Shown in pieces: positions 14,301 through 24,825 of a stretch of DNA of 64,000 nucleotides (positions are counted from its first letter, which is position 1; every line of letters begins with the position of its first letter). The stretch comes from Pseudomonadota bacterium (lineage in GTDB: Bacteria > Myxococcota > JACRCW01 > JAFGSX01). The notes under the pieces were generated by a model. That model saw only the letters and a list, made by a program, of their open reading frames with translations, did not search any database and was not told where the DNA came from. The translations under genes were made by a program, and so were the position numbers. Location of the stretch: NCBI GenBank assembly GCA_043821645.1, contig JBDRCO010000089.1, positions 32,001-96,000 of the forward strand, written 5' to 3'.

Positions 14301-14355
14301 AGGCGCTTTCTGTATGGACCCGCACCACCCTGGCTGGTGACGGAGTGGATACACC

Positions 14356-16311
14356 ATGAGCAAGTCAAGCCAACTGGTCCCCATCAGCCTCACCGTGCAG
14401 CCGCCCTCGGGTTCTCCCGAGGTCCTGGAGTTTTCTCAGGAGAGCGTGATCATCGGCTCCGGTCCCTCGGCCAACGTGCGATTGCCCAGTGACGACGTGT
14501 CCAGCATCCACGCGATGATCAAGAACAAGGGCGAGGCCGGCGTTGCCGTGCTGGACCTGGGGAGTGAGGGCGGCACCGAGGTCAACGGCGTGGACGTTGC
14601 CGGCGAGCACAAGCTCGAGGACGGCGACACGTTGACCGTGGCGGGCTACAAGATCACCGTGTCCATCGGTGGCCATGTCCAGGCGGATCCGACCCAGCCG
14701 GACAGGCCCCAGCAGGCGCCCAAGCCCAAGGAGACCAAGAAGGCCAAGGCCGAGGCCAGGCCGGCCCCGGCGGCGATCGAGCCCACCCTGGCCGTGCGGA
14801 CCAAGGGCGCTGCCACCGGCAAGCCCGCGCGCGACGACAGGCCCCCACCGCGCAAGAGCGGTGGCGACGATGTGGCGCATCCCGGTCCCGGGCTGTTTGA
14901 CCCCTCGCCGCACATCGACCCCGAGATCTTCGCCGAGGATCTGAAGCCCGAGGAGCAGCCCAGTGAGGGCAAGAAGGTCCTCGAAGTGCTGATGCTGTGG
15001 GGCGGCTCCATGATGGACGTGGCCCACCTGGAGCAGGCGGGCGGTGTCACCATCGGTGACGGCAAGAAGAACACCTTCCGTGTCTCGCACGAGCAGCTCC
15101 CGAGCGAGCATTTCTCCCTTGTGCGCGCGGTCGATGGCGGTTTTGCCGTCGAGCTCATCGAGGCCTTCAACATCGAGGTCAAGCGCGAGGGCAAGATCTA
15201 CGATCTCGAGTCGCTGCGCGCAGGCGGCCAGCTCAAGAAGGCTGACACCACGTACAGCGCCCTGAGCTACCGTGTCGGGCTGCACGACCGGGTGGCGATC
15301 AAGATCGGCGCCGTGACTTTCGTTGTCCAGTACGTGGCCCCCGGCCGCGCGATGCTGGGCTCGCTGTGGCAGACGCTGGACTACTACTTCGGCAAGGTGC
15401 TGGCCGCGTCACTGATCCTGCACCTGGTGTTCTTCTTCGCCATGAAGATAACCCCCTGGGATCCGACGGCGCTGACCGAGGATCTTTTCAAGAACCCCAA
15501 TCGCTTCGCCAAGCTGATCCTCAAGGAGCCGGACCTGAAGAAGAAGGACGACCTGTCCGGCAAGAAGGGCGGCGCCAAGCACAAGGACAAGGAAGGCAAG
15601 TTCGGCAAGAAGGACAAGCCCAAGAAGGACGCCATGTCGTCCAAGAAGGGCGCGCCCACCGTCGACGCCAACAAGCGCGAGAAGGACCGCAAGATCGCAC
15701 TCAACGCCGGTGCTCTGGGCATCCTGCGCAACAAGGGCGCGGGCGCGGTCAGCAACGTGTTTGGTCCTGGTGGACTGGGCACGGGCATGAACAATGCCCT
15801 GGGCGGGTTGCGCGGCGCGGACCTGGGTGACGCCGGTGGCGCCGGTGGCCTGGGTACCCGCGGCACGGGTCCTGGCGGCGGCGGCAATGCGCTGGGTATC
15901 GGTGGTCTGGGTTCGGGCACGGGGCGTGGCACAGGCGGTCGAGGTGACATCGACCTCGGTGGCCGTGGCAAGGGATCCACCCGCATCATCCCGGGCAAGC
16001 ACGTGGTCGAGGGCGCGCTGTCCAAGGAAGAGATCGGACGCGTGATCCGGCGCTACCTCAACCAGATCAAGTACTGCTACGAAAAGGAACTGCCCAAGAA
16101 CCCGAACCTCTACGGCAAGGTGGTGGTGATGTTCACCATCGGCGGCACCGGGGCTGTCAACGATGCCAACGTGGTGCAGACCTCGCTCAATGACAACAAC
16201 GTCGAGCAGTGCGTGCTGCGCATCATCCACCGGCTGCGCTTCCCGCAACCCAAGGGTGGTGGCATCGTGGTGGTGACCTATCCCTTCATCTTCCAGCAGT
16301 CCGGCGGCTGA
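14356..16311 (+). CDS. gltG: GltG (NfsG)-like FHA + TM + Gly-rich + TonB_C/AgmX-PglI C-terminal protein
   Basis: N-terminal FHA (IIGSG..VSSIHA..DLGSEGGTEVNG), single TM, Gly-rich linker, IKYCYEKEL...FPQPKGGGIVVVTYPF. Confidence 0.88.
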   Translation: MSKSSQLVPISLTVQPPSGSPEVLEFSQESVIIGSGPSANVRLPSDDVSSIHAMIKNKGEAGVAVLDLGSEGGTEVNGVDVAGEHKLEDGDTLTVAGYKITVSIGGHVQADPTQPDRPQQAPKPKETKKAKAEARPAPAAIEPTLAVRTKGAATGKPARDDRPPPRKSGGDDVAHPGPGLFDPSPHIDPEIFAEDLKPEEQPSEGKKVLEVLMLWGGSMMDVAHLEQAGGVTIGDGKKNTFRVSHEQLPSEHFSLVRAVDGGFAVELIEAFNIEVKREGKIYDLESLRAGGQLKKADTTYSALSYRVGLHDRVAIKIGAVTFVVQYVAPGRAMLGSLWQTLDYYFGKVLAASLILHLVFFFAMKITPWDPTALTEDLFKNPNRFAKLILKEPDLKKKDDLSGKKGGAKHKDKEGKFGKKDKPKKDAMSSKKGAPTVDANKREKDRKIALNAGALGILRNKGAGAVSNVFGPGGLGTGMNNALGGLRGADLGDAGGAGGLGTRGTGPGGGGNALGIGGLGSGTGRGTGGRGDIDLGGRGKGSTRIIPGKHVVEGALSKEEIGRVIRRYLNQIKYCYEKELPKNPNLYGKVVVMFTIGGTGAVNDANVVQTSLNDNNVEQCVLRIIHRLRFPQPKGGGIVVVTYPFIFQQSGG

Positions 16312-16322
16312 CGACCCTTCGA

Positions 16323-16343
16323 AGGGGTGTTCGACACACCCCT
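16323..16343 (+). terminator. Hairpin after gltG
   Basis: AGGGGTGT-tcgac-ACACCCCT inverted repeat; weak U-tract. Confidence 0.35.
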
Positions 16344-16430
16344 CTTCCGCCGTGGGGACCCCGGCGGGATTCACCCTGGCAGCACACCTTTTGGTAAAAC
16401 TGAGAACTCGCAACCGTCGACGGTGACAGC

Positions 16431-17054
16431 ATGAAGAAGCAGCTCGTGATCCTGTCCCTCGCCCTCGCCCTGGCTCCACTGGCCCGGGCCCAGGTGTCCT
16501 CGCAGGTGGAGGGCTTCGAGTATTCGCGCGGCTTCTACACCGAGAGCGACCTCGGCTTCTTCCTGCGCTTCGGTGGCTTTGCCGACGAGAAGAGCGGAAC
16601 CGTGGTCACCGGCTCGCGCACCCGGGCCGTCATTGTCAGCAACCTGCAGCCCTACATCGGCTTCTCGGTGGGCTATGACGTGCTCGACTTCCTGAGCGTG
16701 CAGCTCAGCTACGGCACGGGCTATGTCGCCAATGCGGCTCCGAGACAGGGTCAGAGCGAGTCGCCCATGGACCACAGCATCACGCTGCTCAACCTGGCCA
16801 TCGTGGGCAACCTGCTGGTCATGGATCGCCTGGCCATCGAGGCCCGGGTGTTTGGCGGTGGCGCCATCTTCGCGCCGCCACCAGTCCCCGACGCCAGCAT
16901 GTTCGGCGGTAATGCCGGTGCGGGTCTTGGCATCAAGTACATGACCCTGCTGCCAGGGTTCATCATCGGCGCCGACGTGAACTTCCTGACGACCTTCCCC
17001 GAGATCGTGCCGGCCCTGACCTTCTCGCCGCTGATCATCAAGTACGTATTCTAG
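16431..17054 (+). CDS. cglE: CglE/GltH (NfsH)-like outer-membrane beta-barrel
   Basis: RGFYTESDLGFFLRFGG, SNLQPYIG..VGYD, terminal IKYVF; follows gltG. Confidence 0.72.
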   Translation: MKKQLVILSLALALAPLARAQVSSQVEGFEYSRGFYTESDLGFFLRFGGFADEKSGTVVTGSRTRAVIVSNLQPYIGFSVGYDVLDFLSVQLSYGTGYVANAAPRQGQSESPMDHSITLLNLAIVGNLLVMDRLAIEARVFGGGAIFAPPPVPDASMFGGNAGAGLGIKYMTLLPGFIIGADVNFLTTFPEIVPALTFSPLIIKYVF

Positions 17055-17362
17055 GACCAGCGCCCGTCGAGGTGAGCGCTGCATCGATGCCGGCCACGGG
17101 CATGCGTGTCGAGCAGTCCGCTCCGCCCCCCCCGCTGCAGTGGCGGCGGTGCTCGGGGCTTATGACGCCGGGCCCGCCCTCAGTTATTCGAGACCTGCGA
17201 TCTGCACTTCGCATGGTGTGACCCGGGAGTCCGGATCGACACCCGGCGGGGGTGTGGTGTATCCAAGAAAAGCAATAGATACCGATGTGTTACATGAAGT
17301 TCGACCGCGGCACGATTACTGAAGTGGTGATACCTCAGAACTCGTAACAGCCGGAGGACGAG

Positions 17363-17950
17363 ATGGCAGCTTACCTGGGTTCGAGACGGTCGTGGGGACT
17401 TGCGCAGGGCCTGGCGATGCGAGGGCTCCTGGTGCTGGCGGCGGTGGGAGCGTTCAGCGTGGCCTGCGAATCCCTGCCGCAGCAGGACACCATCAGCGCC
17501 TGTGGCGGATTCGCGCAGACAGGCCAGGCGCTCACCGCCGAGGACGCACAATACTGCGAGGCCGAGATCCTGCACTGGCGCCACGACGCCAGCAGCAAGA
17601 CTCTGATCCTGACCGACTCCCGCGTGCCTCTGAATTGCTGTGGCGAGCACAGCATGACCGTGCACCAGGATGGCGAGGTCTACGTGGTCACCGAGCGTGA
17701 CGAGCCCGAACAGATCGGCCCGCTGCCGATGTCCACGGCGCGCTGCGATTGCATGTGCGTGTTCGACTTCAAGGTCGAGGTGCAGGGGGTGAGTGGCGGC
17801 GTCATCTCGGTCAGGCTCGAGCGCGAGGTCACCGACGCCGAGGGTGGGATCAGCAGCGTGTGGCAAGGCGAGATAGACCTGGCCCCGGGTCACGGTGGCG
17901 TCATCATCGACGAGACCGAGAACATGTGGTGTGAAGCCAGCGGCGGCTGA
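17363..17950 (+). CDS. Cys-rich lipoprotein of unknown function
   Basis: GGAGG RBS; lipobox SVAC; LNCCG and RCDCMC motifs. Confidence 0.65.
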   Translation: MAAYLGSRRSWGLAQGLAMRGLLVLAAVGAFSVACESLPQQDTISACGGFAQTGQALTAEDAQYCEAEILHWRHDASSKTLILTDSRVPLNCCGEHSMTVHQDGEVYVVTERDEPEQIGPLPMSTARCDCMCVFDFKVEVQGVSGGVISVRLEREVTDAEGGISSVWQGEIDLAPGHGGVIIDETENMWCEASGG

Positions 17951-18083
17951 ATTCGATCTTCTCCTCGACAGGGGCACTCCCTTGTGACGGCCTCCAGCGG
18001 GCACGACCCCGAATCGCGATGGTCCTCTTCGTGGGCGACACTGGCAGCGCCTGTTCCTGCGACTGCCAAGCCTGCCAGCCCTC

Positions 18084-18092
18084 TGCTATCAT
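18084..18092 (+). promoter_or_regulatory. Putative extended -10 promoter element
   Basis: TGcTATCAT about 20 nt upstream of ATG 18114 (GGAGG RBS). Confidence 0.35.
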
Positions 18093-18113
18093 GCGCGACC
18101 ACCGGAGGTCGCC

Positions 18114-18941
18114 ATGAGCTGGCTCGACACACTCGAGGATCTGTACAAGAACCGCGATTTTTCGGCGATGACGGCCGACGAGCGCGAACATGCCGCGCGC
18201 GATCTGATCAACCTGTCGGGTCTGGCCTCCTGCACCCTCACCGCAGCACCCTTGCCCTTCTCGGAACTGATCCTGACCACGCCCGTGCACATCGCGATGG
18301 TGATCGGCGTGGGCCACGTCTACGGTCGCCACCTGAGCAAGACCGAGGCCTCTCGCATCTTCATCGAGCTGGCTGCGGCGGCGGGTGCCAGCCTGGCGGC
18401 GCGCAGCGTGTGGATCGCCTTGAGCAAGCTCATCGCGCCTGGCTTCGGGGTGTTCCTGGTGCTGCCCTATGTCTACGCCGTGACCTGGGGACTGGGGCGT
18501 CTGGCCATGCAGTACTTCGATGACCCCGAGACCTCACCCGAGCACTTGAGGCAGAAGTTTGGCGAGTTCGTCGACGAGGGCAAGAAGGGCTTTCGCATGG
18601 ACGCCTTCAAGGACTTCATGAAGCGCAAGGGCCAGGAGGTTCGCGACTTCACCGACAGCGATCGCGCCAGGCCTGCTGCGGCGTCGAGTGATGCGGTTGA
18701 GGCGAGCTGGGATGAAGGGCCGGTTGGGGCGACGACGAACAAGAGCGAGAAGGCGAAGAGGCCAACCAAGCCCCCGGCCACCAAGCGCACGCCAGAAAAG
18801 AAACAGGAGACGACCCGGCACCCGCCCCGGGCATCCGGAGCCAAGGCCCCGACGCCGAACACCAAGGTTAAGGCCAAGTCGGCGCCTGGACGCCAGGGTG
18901 CGTCGCGGGGTGCAGGTCGCACCGGTCGCCGCAGCAAGTAG
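18114..18941 (+). CDS. DUF697/YcjF-like membrane protein with a basic disordered tail
   Basis: PLPFSELILTTPVHIAMVIGVGHVYG and AVTWGLGR motifs. Confidence 0.75.
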   Translation: MSWLDTLEDLYKNRDFSAMTADEREHAARDLINLSGLASCTLTAAPLPFSELILTTPVHIAMVIGVGHVYGRHLSKTEASRIFIELAAAAGASLAARSVWIALSKLIAPGFGVFLVLPYVYAVTWGLGRLAMQYFDDPETSPEHLRQKFGEFVDEGKKGFRMDAFKDFMKRKGQEVRDFTDSDRARPAAASSDAVEASWDEGPVGATTNKSEKAKRPTKPPATKRTPEKKQETTRHPPRASGAKAPTPNTKVKAKSAPGRQGASRGAGRTGRRSK

Positions 18942-18955
18942 AGAGCTTCTCCGCC

Positions 18956-20269
18956 GTGAAGCGAATCGCCGTCGTCAACCTGGGCTGCAAGGTCAATCGC
19001 TACGACGCCCTGGCCTTGCAGGCCAGGCTGGATCCAGCGCACTTCTGTCTGGTCGACGAGAGCCAGCACGCCGACCTGTACGTGGTCAACAGCTGCACCG
19101 TGACCCACGCTGCCGGGGCGCGGTCGCTCAAGGCCGTGCGTCAGATCGCGCGTCGCCACCCGGACAGACCCATCGTCTTCACGGGCTGCCATGCCACTTT
19201 GGCTCCTGACGAGGCCCAGGCCACTGGAGCCGTTGCACGGGTGGTGGACAACGAGGGCAAGGCGGGCTTGCCCGCGCTCATCGCCGAGCTGTTGCAGGAA
19301 TCCATGGCGGAGGTCCGTCCTCCTTTTCCTGTTCCGGATCTCGCACGACCCGTGGTCAAGGTGCAGGACGGCTGTGATCAGCGCTGCGCTTACTGCATCG
19401 TGCCACGGGTGCGCGGGCGATCGCGCTCCGTGTCCGTCGAGCAGGTCCTGCGCCAGGTGGAGCAACTCGTCGGACTGGGCTACCCCGAGGTGGTGTTGAC
19501 CGGCATTCACCTGGGCGACTACGGCAAGGGTCTCGACGGTGATCTGGATCTGGCCGGGCTGGTGCGACGTCTGCTCGACGCCACCGAGGTGCGGCGGATC
19601 CGTCTGAGCTCGGTGGACCCGCTGGAGCTGACGCCTGCGCTGGTCGAGCTGGTGACGACGCACCCGCGGCTCTGTGCCCACCTTCACCTACCCCTGCAGT
19701 CTGGCTCCGACACTGTGCTCAGGGCCATGCGCCGTCCCTATGACCGGGCGCGCGTCCGCGAGCTGTTGCACGCCATCCTCGCTGCAAGCCCGGCTCTGGC
19801 AGTCGGACTCGACGTCATCGTGGGCTTCCCGGGCGAGGGCGAGGTCGAGTTCGAAGAGACGCGGGCCTTGCTCGACGAGCTCGATCTGGCTTACCTGCAC
19901 GTGTTCCCCTTCAGCCGTCGCCCGGGCACCGCCGCAGCGGGCCTGAAGCACAGGGTCCCCGAGAGCATCACCAAGGACCGGGCCGCCCTGCTGCGTGAGC
20001 TGTCTGACGACAAGAGCCGGGCGTTCTACGCTCGACAGCAGGGGCGCAGCCATACGATGGTCGTCGAGTGTGCCGCAGCGGAGCCCGGATGGATGCGCGG
20101 CACCAGCGACAACTACCTGGACCTGGTGGTGGCCACGCAGGCCCCCGTGGGCAGCCTGCTCGAGGTCGAGCTGATCGACGCCGCTCGACCTGCCCGCGCC
20201 CAGCAGCGTCGCGAGCTTGCCCGACCTGCGAAACCGCTGCGCGCTGTGGACGAGGAGGAGCCTGCGTGA
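18956..20269 (+). CDS. mtaB: tRNA t6A37 methylthiotransferase (radical SAM)
   Basis: NLGCKVN, VVNSCTVT, TGC, radical SAM CDQRCAYC, HLPLQSGS, HVFPFSRRPGT. Confidence 0.9.
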   Translation: MKRIAVVNLGCKVNRYDALALQARLDPAHFCLVDESQHADLYVVNSCTVTHAAGARSLKAVRQIARRHPDRPIVFTGCHATLAPDEAQATGAVARVVDNEGKAGLPALIAELLQESMAEVRPPFPVPDLARPVVKVQDGCDQRCAYCIVPRVRGRSRSVSVEQVLRQVEQLVGLGYPEVVLTGIHLGDYGKGLDGDLDLAGLVRRLLDATEVRRIRLSSVDPLELTPALVELVTTHPRLCAHLHLPLQSGSDTVLRAMRRPYDRARVRELLHAILAASPALAVGLDVIVGFPGEGEVEFEETRALLDELDLAYLHVFPFSRRPGTAAAGLKHRVPESITKDRAALLRELSDDKSRAFYARQQGRSHTMVVECAAAEPGWMRGTSDNYLDLVVATQAPVGSLLEVELIDAARPARAQQRRELARPAKPLRAVDEEEPA

Positions 20270-20691
20270 TCACGACCCAGTACCGCGTCATCTACGGCGA
20301 CACCGACCAGATGGGTGTCGTGTACTACGGCAATTACCTGCGCATGTTCGAGTTCGGCCGCGGCGCCCATCTGCGCGCGGCTGGTGTGCCCTACTCCGAG
20401 GTCGAGGCGTCGGGTGTCCTGCTGCCCGTGGCAGAGGCGCACGTGTACTACAAGCGACCCGCGCACTACGAGGACCTGCTCGACATCGACGTGGCCCTGG
20501 TCAACAAGGGACGTGCCAGCGCGGACTACGTGTACCGGATCCGACGCGGTGACGCGGTCATCGCCACCGGTCGCACGCGCCACGGATGCATCACCCGCGA
20601 TGGCAAGAAGGCGCGCTTCCCGGCCATCCTGAAGGACAGGCTGACCGTGGATGCCGAGGACGTTTTCGAGACTCCGATGGAGAACCGATGA
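20266..20691 (+). CDS. Acyl-CoA thioesterase, YbgC/4HBT family
   Basis: GTG start overlaps the mtaB stop; RVIYGDTDQMGVVYYGNY signature. Confidence 0.9.
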   Translation: MITTQYRVIYGDTDQMGVVYYGNYLRMFEFGRGAHLRAAGVPYSEVEASGVLLPVAEAHVYYKRPAHYEDLLDIDVALVNKGRASADYVYRIRRGDAVIATGRTRHGCITRDGKKARFPAILKDRLTVDAEDVFETPMENR

Positions 20692-21467
20692 ACCCGCTGT
20701 GCCTGTTCGAGCGCGTTGGTCACGTTGCGATCCTGACCCTGAATCGCCCCGAGGCGGCCAATGCCCTGTCGCGGGCCCTGGTGGCGGAGCTGGCGACGCG
20801 CCTGGCCGAGGCAGCCGCGGACAAGGAGCTGCGTGCGCTCGTCGTCACCGGCGCGGGCGACCGTGTGTTCTGTGCCGGCGCTGACCTCAAGGAAAGGCGT
20901 GAGATGGCACCCGAGGAGGTGCCACTGTTCCTGCAAAAGGGCAGGGAGCTCATGGATGGCCTGGCGGCTCTTCGATGTCCCACCATCGCCGCCTTCAACG
21001 GCGCGGCCATGGGCGGTGGCCTGGAGCTGGCCCTGTGCTGCGACCTGCGCCTGGCCGCTCGTGGCGTCAAGCTGGGCCTTACCGAGACCTCGCTGGCTAT
21101 CCTCCCCGGGGCCGGTGGCACCCAGCGCCTGCCGCGTCTGGTGGGTGTAGCCAGGGCCAAGGAGCTCATCCTCACCGCGCGCCGCGTCGACGCCGACGAG
21201 GCCTGGCGCATCGGTCTGGTCAACGAGGTGGTCGAGCCCGGGACGCTGCGCGCGCGCGCCCTGGCCGTGGCGCAGGAGATCGCGTCGAACGGTCCGGTGG
21301 CCGTGGCCCAGGCCAAGAAGGCCATAGATGGTGGCATCGAGCTTTCGCTCAGCGAGGCGCTGGCCTTCGAGCAGGAGTGCTACGCGCCCACCCTGGAGAC
21401 CGAGGACCGCTGGGAGGCGCTGAACGCGTTTGTCGAGAAGCGAAAGCCGGTGTTCAAGGGCTGCTGA
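20688..21467 (+). CDS. Enoyl-CoA hydratase/isomerase (methylglutaconyl-CoA hydratase-like)
   Basis: LNRPEAANAL, FCAGADLKER, GGGLELALCCD, ETSLAILPGAGGTQRL. Confidence 0.92.
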   Translation: MNPLCLFERVGHVAILTLNRPEAANALSRALVAELATRLAEAAADKELRALVVTGAGDRVFCAGADLKERREMAPEEVPLFLQKGRELMDGLAALRCPTIAAFNGAAMGGGLELALCCDLRLAARGVKLGLTETSLAILPGAGGTQRLPRLVGVARAKELILTARRVDADEAWRIGLVNEVVEPGTLRARALAVAQEIASNGPVAVAQAKKAIDGGIELSLSEALAFEQECYAPTLETEDRWEALNAFVEKRKPVFKGC

Positions 21468-24400
21468 TCAGATTTCGTCGCACCCGATATCCATCACCGC
21501 CTGTCGCGCTACTCCGTCCACGTCGAGCAAGGTCATACCCAGGGGTACCCAGACCGGCGTGCGGTACGCCCTGTCCTTGAGCGGTGAGATCGACTGCAGG
21601 TGGGGGAGGCGAGTGGCGTCGAACAGCGGGTCTACGCTCCAGCATCGGTCATTCGAATTGATGAGGTCGGCCTGATAGGGCACGGTCTGGTTGACCACGT
21701 CTATGCTCGTCACCGTGACGCCGCGGCAGGGCGAGTTCTCACCGTTGTTCAGAAGCCCACTGCCACCAGCTGGCCACAGGTCGTTGTTGCGGCCGCCCTG
21801 GGCGATGATCCCGGACAGCGAGCTGTAAGGCTCGGCCCTGACCTTGACGTTGCCGGAGCAGCTGATGTTCTCGAAGATGTTGAAGCCTTGACTACCCAGA
21901 CCCGCGCCGATGATGTTGCCGACCACGATGCCCACCATGTTGAGCTCGACCGTCTCGTCGAGCACCCAGCCCAGCACCAGGCCATGGCTGGTGCCCGTGC
22001 CCACGCCACCGCCGTACACGTTGTTGTTCAGGAAGCGCAGGCTGTCGCCCGCCAGTCCGTCGATCTCGACGCCGTGAGCGCGGGCCGCGGCACCACCGGT
22101 CAAGACATTGGCGGTGATGAAGGTCATCGGATCCAGTGTTGCACTGGCCACGAAGCGCGCGCCTACACTGCGCCCGGGCGTGGTCTGGGCGATGGGACCG
22201 CCCGTGGCCTGACTGCGCGCGATGGTGCATCCATGACAGTCCTTGCTGAACCACAGACCCGCGCTCAGGGCGGGAGTGGCTGAAACTCCATTCACGCGAC
22301 CGGTGCCAGCCTGTGCCGAGTTGCTCGTCCACACCAGGCCGGTGTGCGACTGGTTGCCACTGCCAGCGATGGTGGCACCTGTGCTCTCGGCGGCTGCACC
22401 ACCCCGCAGGGTGCTGTTCAGCACCTGCGTGCCGTCGCTGCCATTGCCCAGAAACAGACCGTGGCTCTGCGCGGCAGCGTCGTCAGCTTGGATGTCCATG
22501 CCGTCGACCACCAGTCCAGTAAGCACGCCGCCAAAAGCGGTGATGCGCACGCCATTGCTGCGGCTCTGAGGATTGCTCGCCAGCCCCGGACCGGCCAGGG
22601 CCTGACCGTCGACGAGCTGCGAGCCCGAGCCGTTGTAGAGCCAGGCGCCATGGCTGTTGACCGCAGCGCCGCAGGACAGGGCGCTGCCCTGCAGGTCCAG
22701 GGGCGCGTCGTCGACGCGGATCGCGGCACAGTGGCCGGGGGTTCCGCCGGCCCCGGCCGCGGCGATCATGTCCCAGCGTGAGGTGACCGGCGTGGCCTCG
22801 CTGCGCACACCGTAGGACACGCCGTTCTGGGCCGCGCCGACGTCCAGGGTGCAGTCTGAAAGGGTGAGCCCGGCACAGGCGTTGATGTAGATGCCGCTGG
22901 CCGCGCGCGTGCTCGCCGAGCCCGAGCCAACCACATTGCCGGTGTACAGCTCGGCACCGTCGACCTGGGCAGTCGTGGCTGTGCCTCCCGAGCAGTCCAG
23001 GGACAGGGCTGTCGAGATGTCGTCGGCGGCCCCGGAGTGGAGGAGGGCAAAGGTTCCCAGAGTGCTGTTTTCGACGACCAGGGTGGTGCTGATGGCCGTG
23101 ATACCGTGGGAAGTCCCGCCGGCCGCGCTGGTGTCCGCGGCGTCGACCTCGCTGCCACGGACGCGCAGGGTGCCGCCAAGAGACTGGATACCTGCGGCAA
23201 GCAGAAGGCCTGGCCCGCTCGACACCCGGCCCTCCTCGGTGACCAGGGTGGTCGCGGCTTGTTGCAGCACGCCCGTTGCCACCGTGGTGTCTGTACTGCC
23301 CGCCCGCGCGCCCCACACCGTGCTGTCGACCAGGCGTGCGGTCCCTGCGACGAGTTCGAGGCCGGTGGCGCGGGTCGCATTTCCACCTGTGGCCTGGCTG
23401 GTCTCGACCACGACCTCGGTGGAGCTGGTGGTGTCGATGCGCAGACCGAGACCATGGCCGGCAGTCGCCGCGTCGTCGCTGCCTTCAAACAGGCAGCCTC
23501 GCAGCAAGACGCCACCGCTGTGCACGATGCCCGCCAGGCGCTCGGTATAGGTGGTACCTCCCGTCGAGCTCGCGCTGAAGGCGCAGTTCTCGACGGTGAG
23601 GTCCGGGTAGGCGACGCTGAGTCCGGTGCTCCCGGCGAAGGCAAAGGGGGTGCGGGAGAGGGGTAGGGGTCTGTCCCAGGTCCCGGCACGGTAGGCGCAG
23701 CGCAGGGACAGGCCATTGTTCAGCAGCACTGGCTGGGTCCGGGCGTACGGGGTGGCGGTCGTGGCCACCTTGACCACCGGCTCCTCACTGCTGCCGTCGT
23801 CGATGAGGTCGCGCAGGTTGATCAGGGCATCGTCCACGCCGCGACAGGGGTGCAGGGCGTGACCGCAGTAGCCGTGGCGCGCGCCGCCACCAGCGTAGCC
23901 TGTTCCCTCGAAGCTCGAGGTGTTGGCGACGTAGGGACCGCGCTCGTCAAGGATGGTGACGACGAGCAGGTCGCTGTCCTGCAGGCTGCCTGGATCCGTG
24001 ACCGTCACCACCAGGGTGATGGCCAGGGGCGCAGGGCCGCTCGCGTACAGAGCGCGGTTCACCACCACGCTGGTGTTGAGCCCGGTGGGGTTGGCGATGC
24101 TGACGCCGCTGGGCAGGAACCCGGCCTGGGCCGTCCACAGCACGGCCAGGGCCTGGTTGTCGGGATCGCTGGCGGTCGCCGTGATGGTCACGCTCTCGCC
24201 GGGCAGCACGCTGCGATCTCCGCCGGCGGCGACGCTCGGCGCGTGGTTGCTGAACAGATCGTATCCACCCAGGTCGGGAGGCGAGGTATCCGGCGTCGCC
24301 GTGTCCGGGGCACCGGCGTCAGGGGTGGTCGCGGCATCGCTCCCGGCGCTGACGTCCATTCCCGTCGTGGTGTCCGATCCCGCCGTACTGTCGCGGACGC

Positions 24401-24779
24401 TGGCCAGATCTGTCGTCGCCCTGTCCGGGGCCGAGCTGTCCTGCAGCCCCAGATCCGCTGAACCCTGGTCCTGCGTGGCCACGTCGAAGGCCACCGCATC
24501 CACAGTGCTGGCGTCGTGGCTGCTCGCCAGGTCGGTGCCCGTGACATCGTGGCCGCCAAGGTCCGGCAAGGCGCTGTCCCGGGCCGTGATATCGCCGCTC
24601 GCGGCATCGCGGTGAACCACGTCCAGGGCGCCGGCGTCTCCCGTCCCGGAGTCCACCTGCCCAGCGTCGTAGTACAGGAAGCCCTGGTCCAGACCGGCCG
24701 GCACAGCCGGACCGCACTGGCACGAGGCCATCGTCGACACGAGCAGCACCAGAGCAACGCGCAGGCGTCTCATGTTCAC
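21468..24779 (-). CDS. Large surface lipoprotein: Asp/Ala/Thr stalk + PKD/Ig-like domain + right-handed beta-helix
   Basis: Lipobox MASC; D-rich linker; NHAPSVAAGGD..ASDPD PKD-like domain; Gly/Ser-rich beta-helix repeats; terminal DVDG.AR....DIGCDE motif. Confidence 0.75.
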   Translation of the reverse strand: MNMRRLRVALVLLVSTMASCQCGPAVPAGLDQGFLYYDAGQVDSGTGDAGALDVVHRDAASGDITARDSALPDLGGHDVTGTDLASSHDASTVDAVAFDVATQDQGSADLGLQDSSAPDRATTDLASVRDSTAGSDTTTGMDVSAGSDAATTPDAGAPDTATPDTSPPDLGGYDLFSNHAPSVAAGGDRSVLPGESVTITATASDPDNQALAVLWTAQAGFLPSGVSIANPTGLNTSVVVNRALYASGPAPLAITLVVTVTDPGSLQDSDLLVVTILDERGPYVANTSSFEGTGYAGGGARHGYCGHALHPCRGVDDALINLRDLIDDGSSEEPVVKVATTATPYARTQPVLLNNGLSLRCAYRAGTWDRPLPLSRTPFAFAGSTGLSVAYPDLTVENCAFSASSTGGTTYTERLAGIVHSGGVLLRGCLFEGSDDAATAGHGLGLRIDTTSSTEVVVETSQATGGNATRATGLELVAGTARLVDSTVWGARAGSTDTTVATGVLQQAATTLVTEEGRVSSGPGLLLAAGIQSLGGTLRVRGSEVDAADTSAAGGTSHGITAISTTLVVENSTLGTFALLHSGAADDISTALSLDCSGGTATTAQVDGAELYTGNVVGSGSASTRAASGIYINACAGLTLSDCTLDVGAAQNGVSYGVRSEATPVTSRWDMIAAAGAGGTPGHCAAIRVDDAPLDLQGSALSCGAAVNSHGAWLYNGSGSQLVDGQALAGPGLASNPQSRSNGVRITAFGGVLTGLVVDGMDIQADDAAAQSHGLFLGNGSDGTQVLNSTLRGGAAAESTGATIAGSGNQSHTGLVWTSNSAQAGTGRVNGVSATPALSAGLWFSKDCHGCTIARSQATGGPIAQTTPGRSVGARFVASATLDPMTFITANVLTGGAAARAHGVEIDGLAGDSLRFLNNNVYGGGVGTGTSHGLVLGWVLDETVELNMVGIVVGNIIGAGLGSQGFNIFENISCSGNVKVRAEPYSSLSGIIAQGGRNNDLWPAGGSGLLNNGENSPCRGVTVTSIDVVNQTVPYQADLINSNDRCWSVDPLFDATRLPHLQSISPLKDRAYRTPVWVPLGMTLLDVDGVARQAVMDIGCDEI

Positions 24780-24825
24780 GCTCCAGCCAAAGATGTGCAG
24801 AGTCTAGCCGGTCTGCAGCCGCGAT

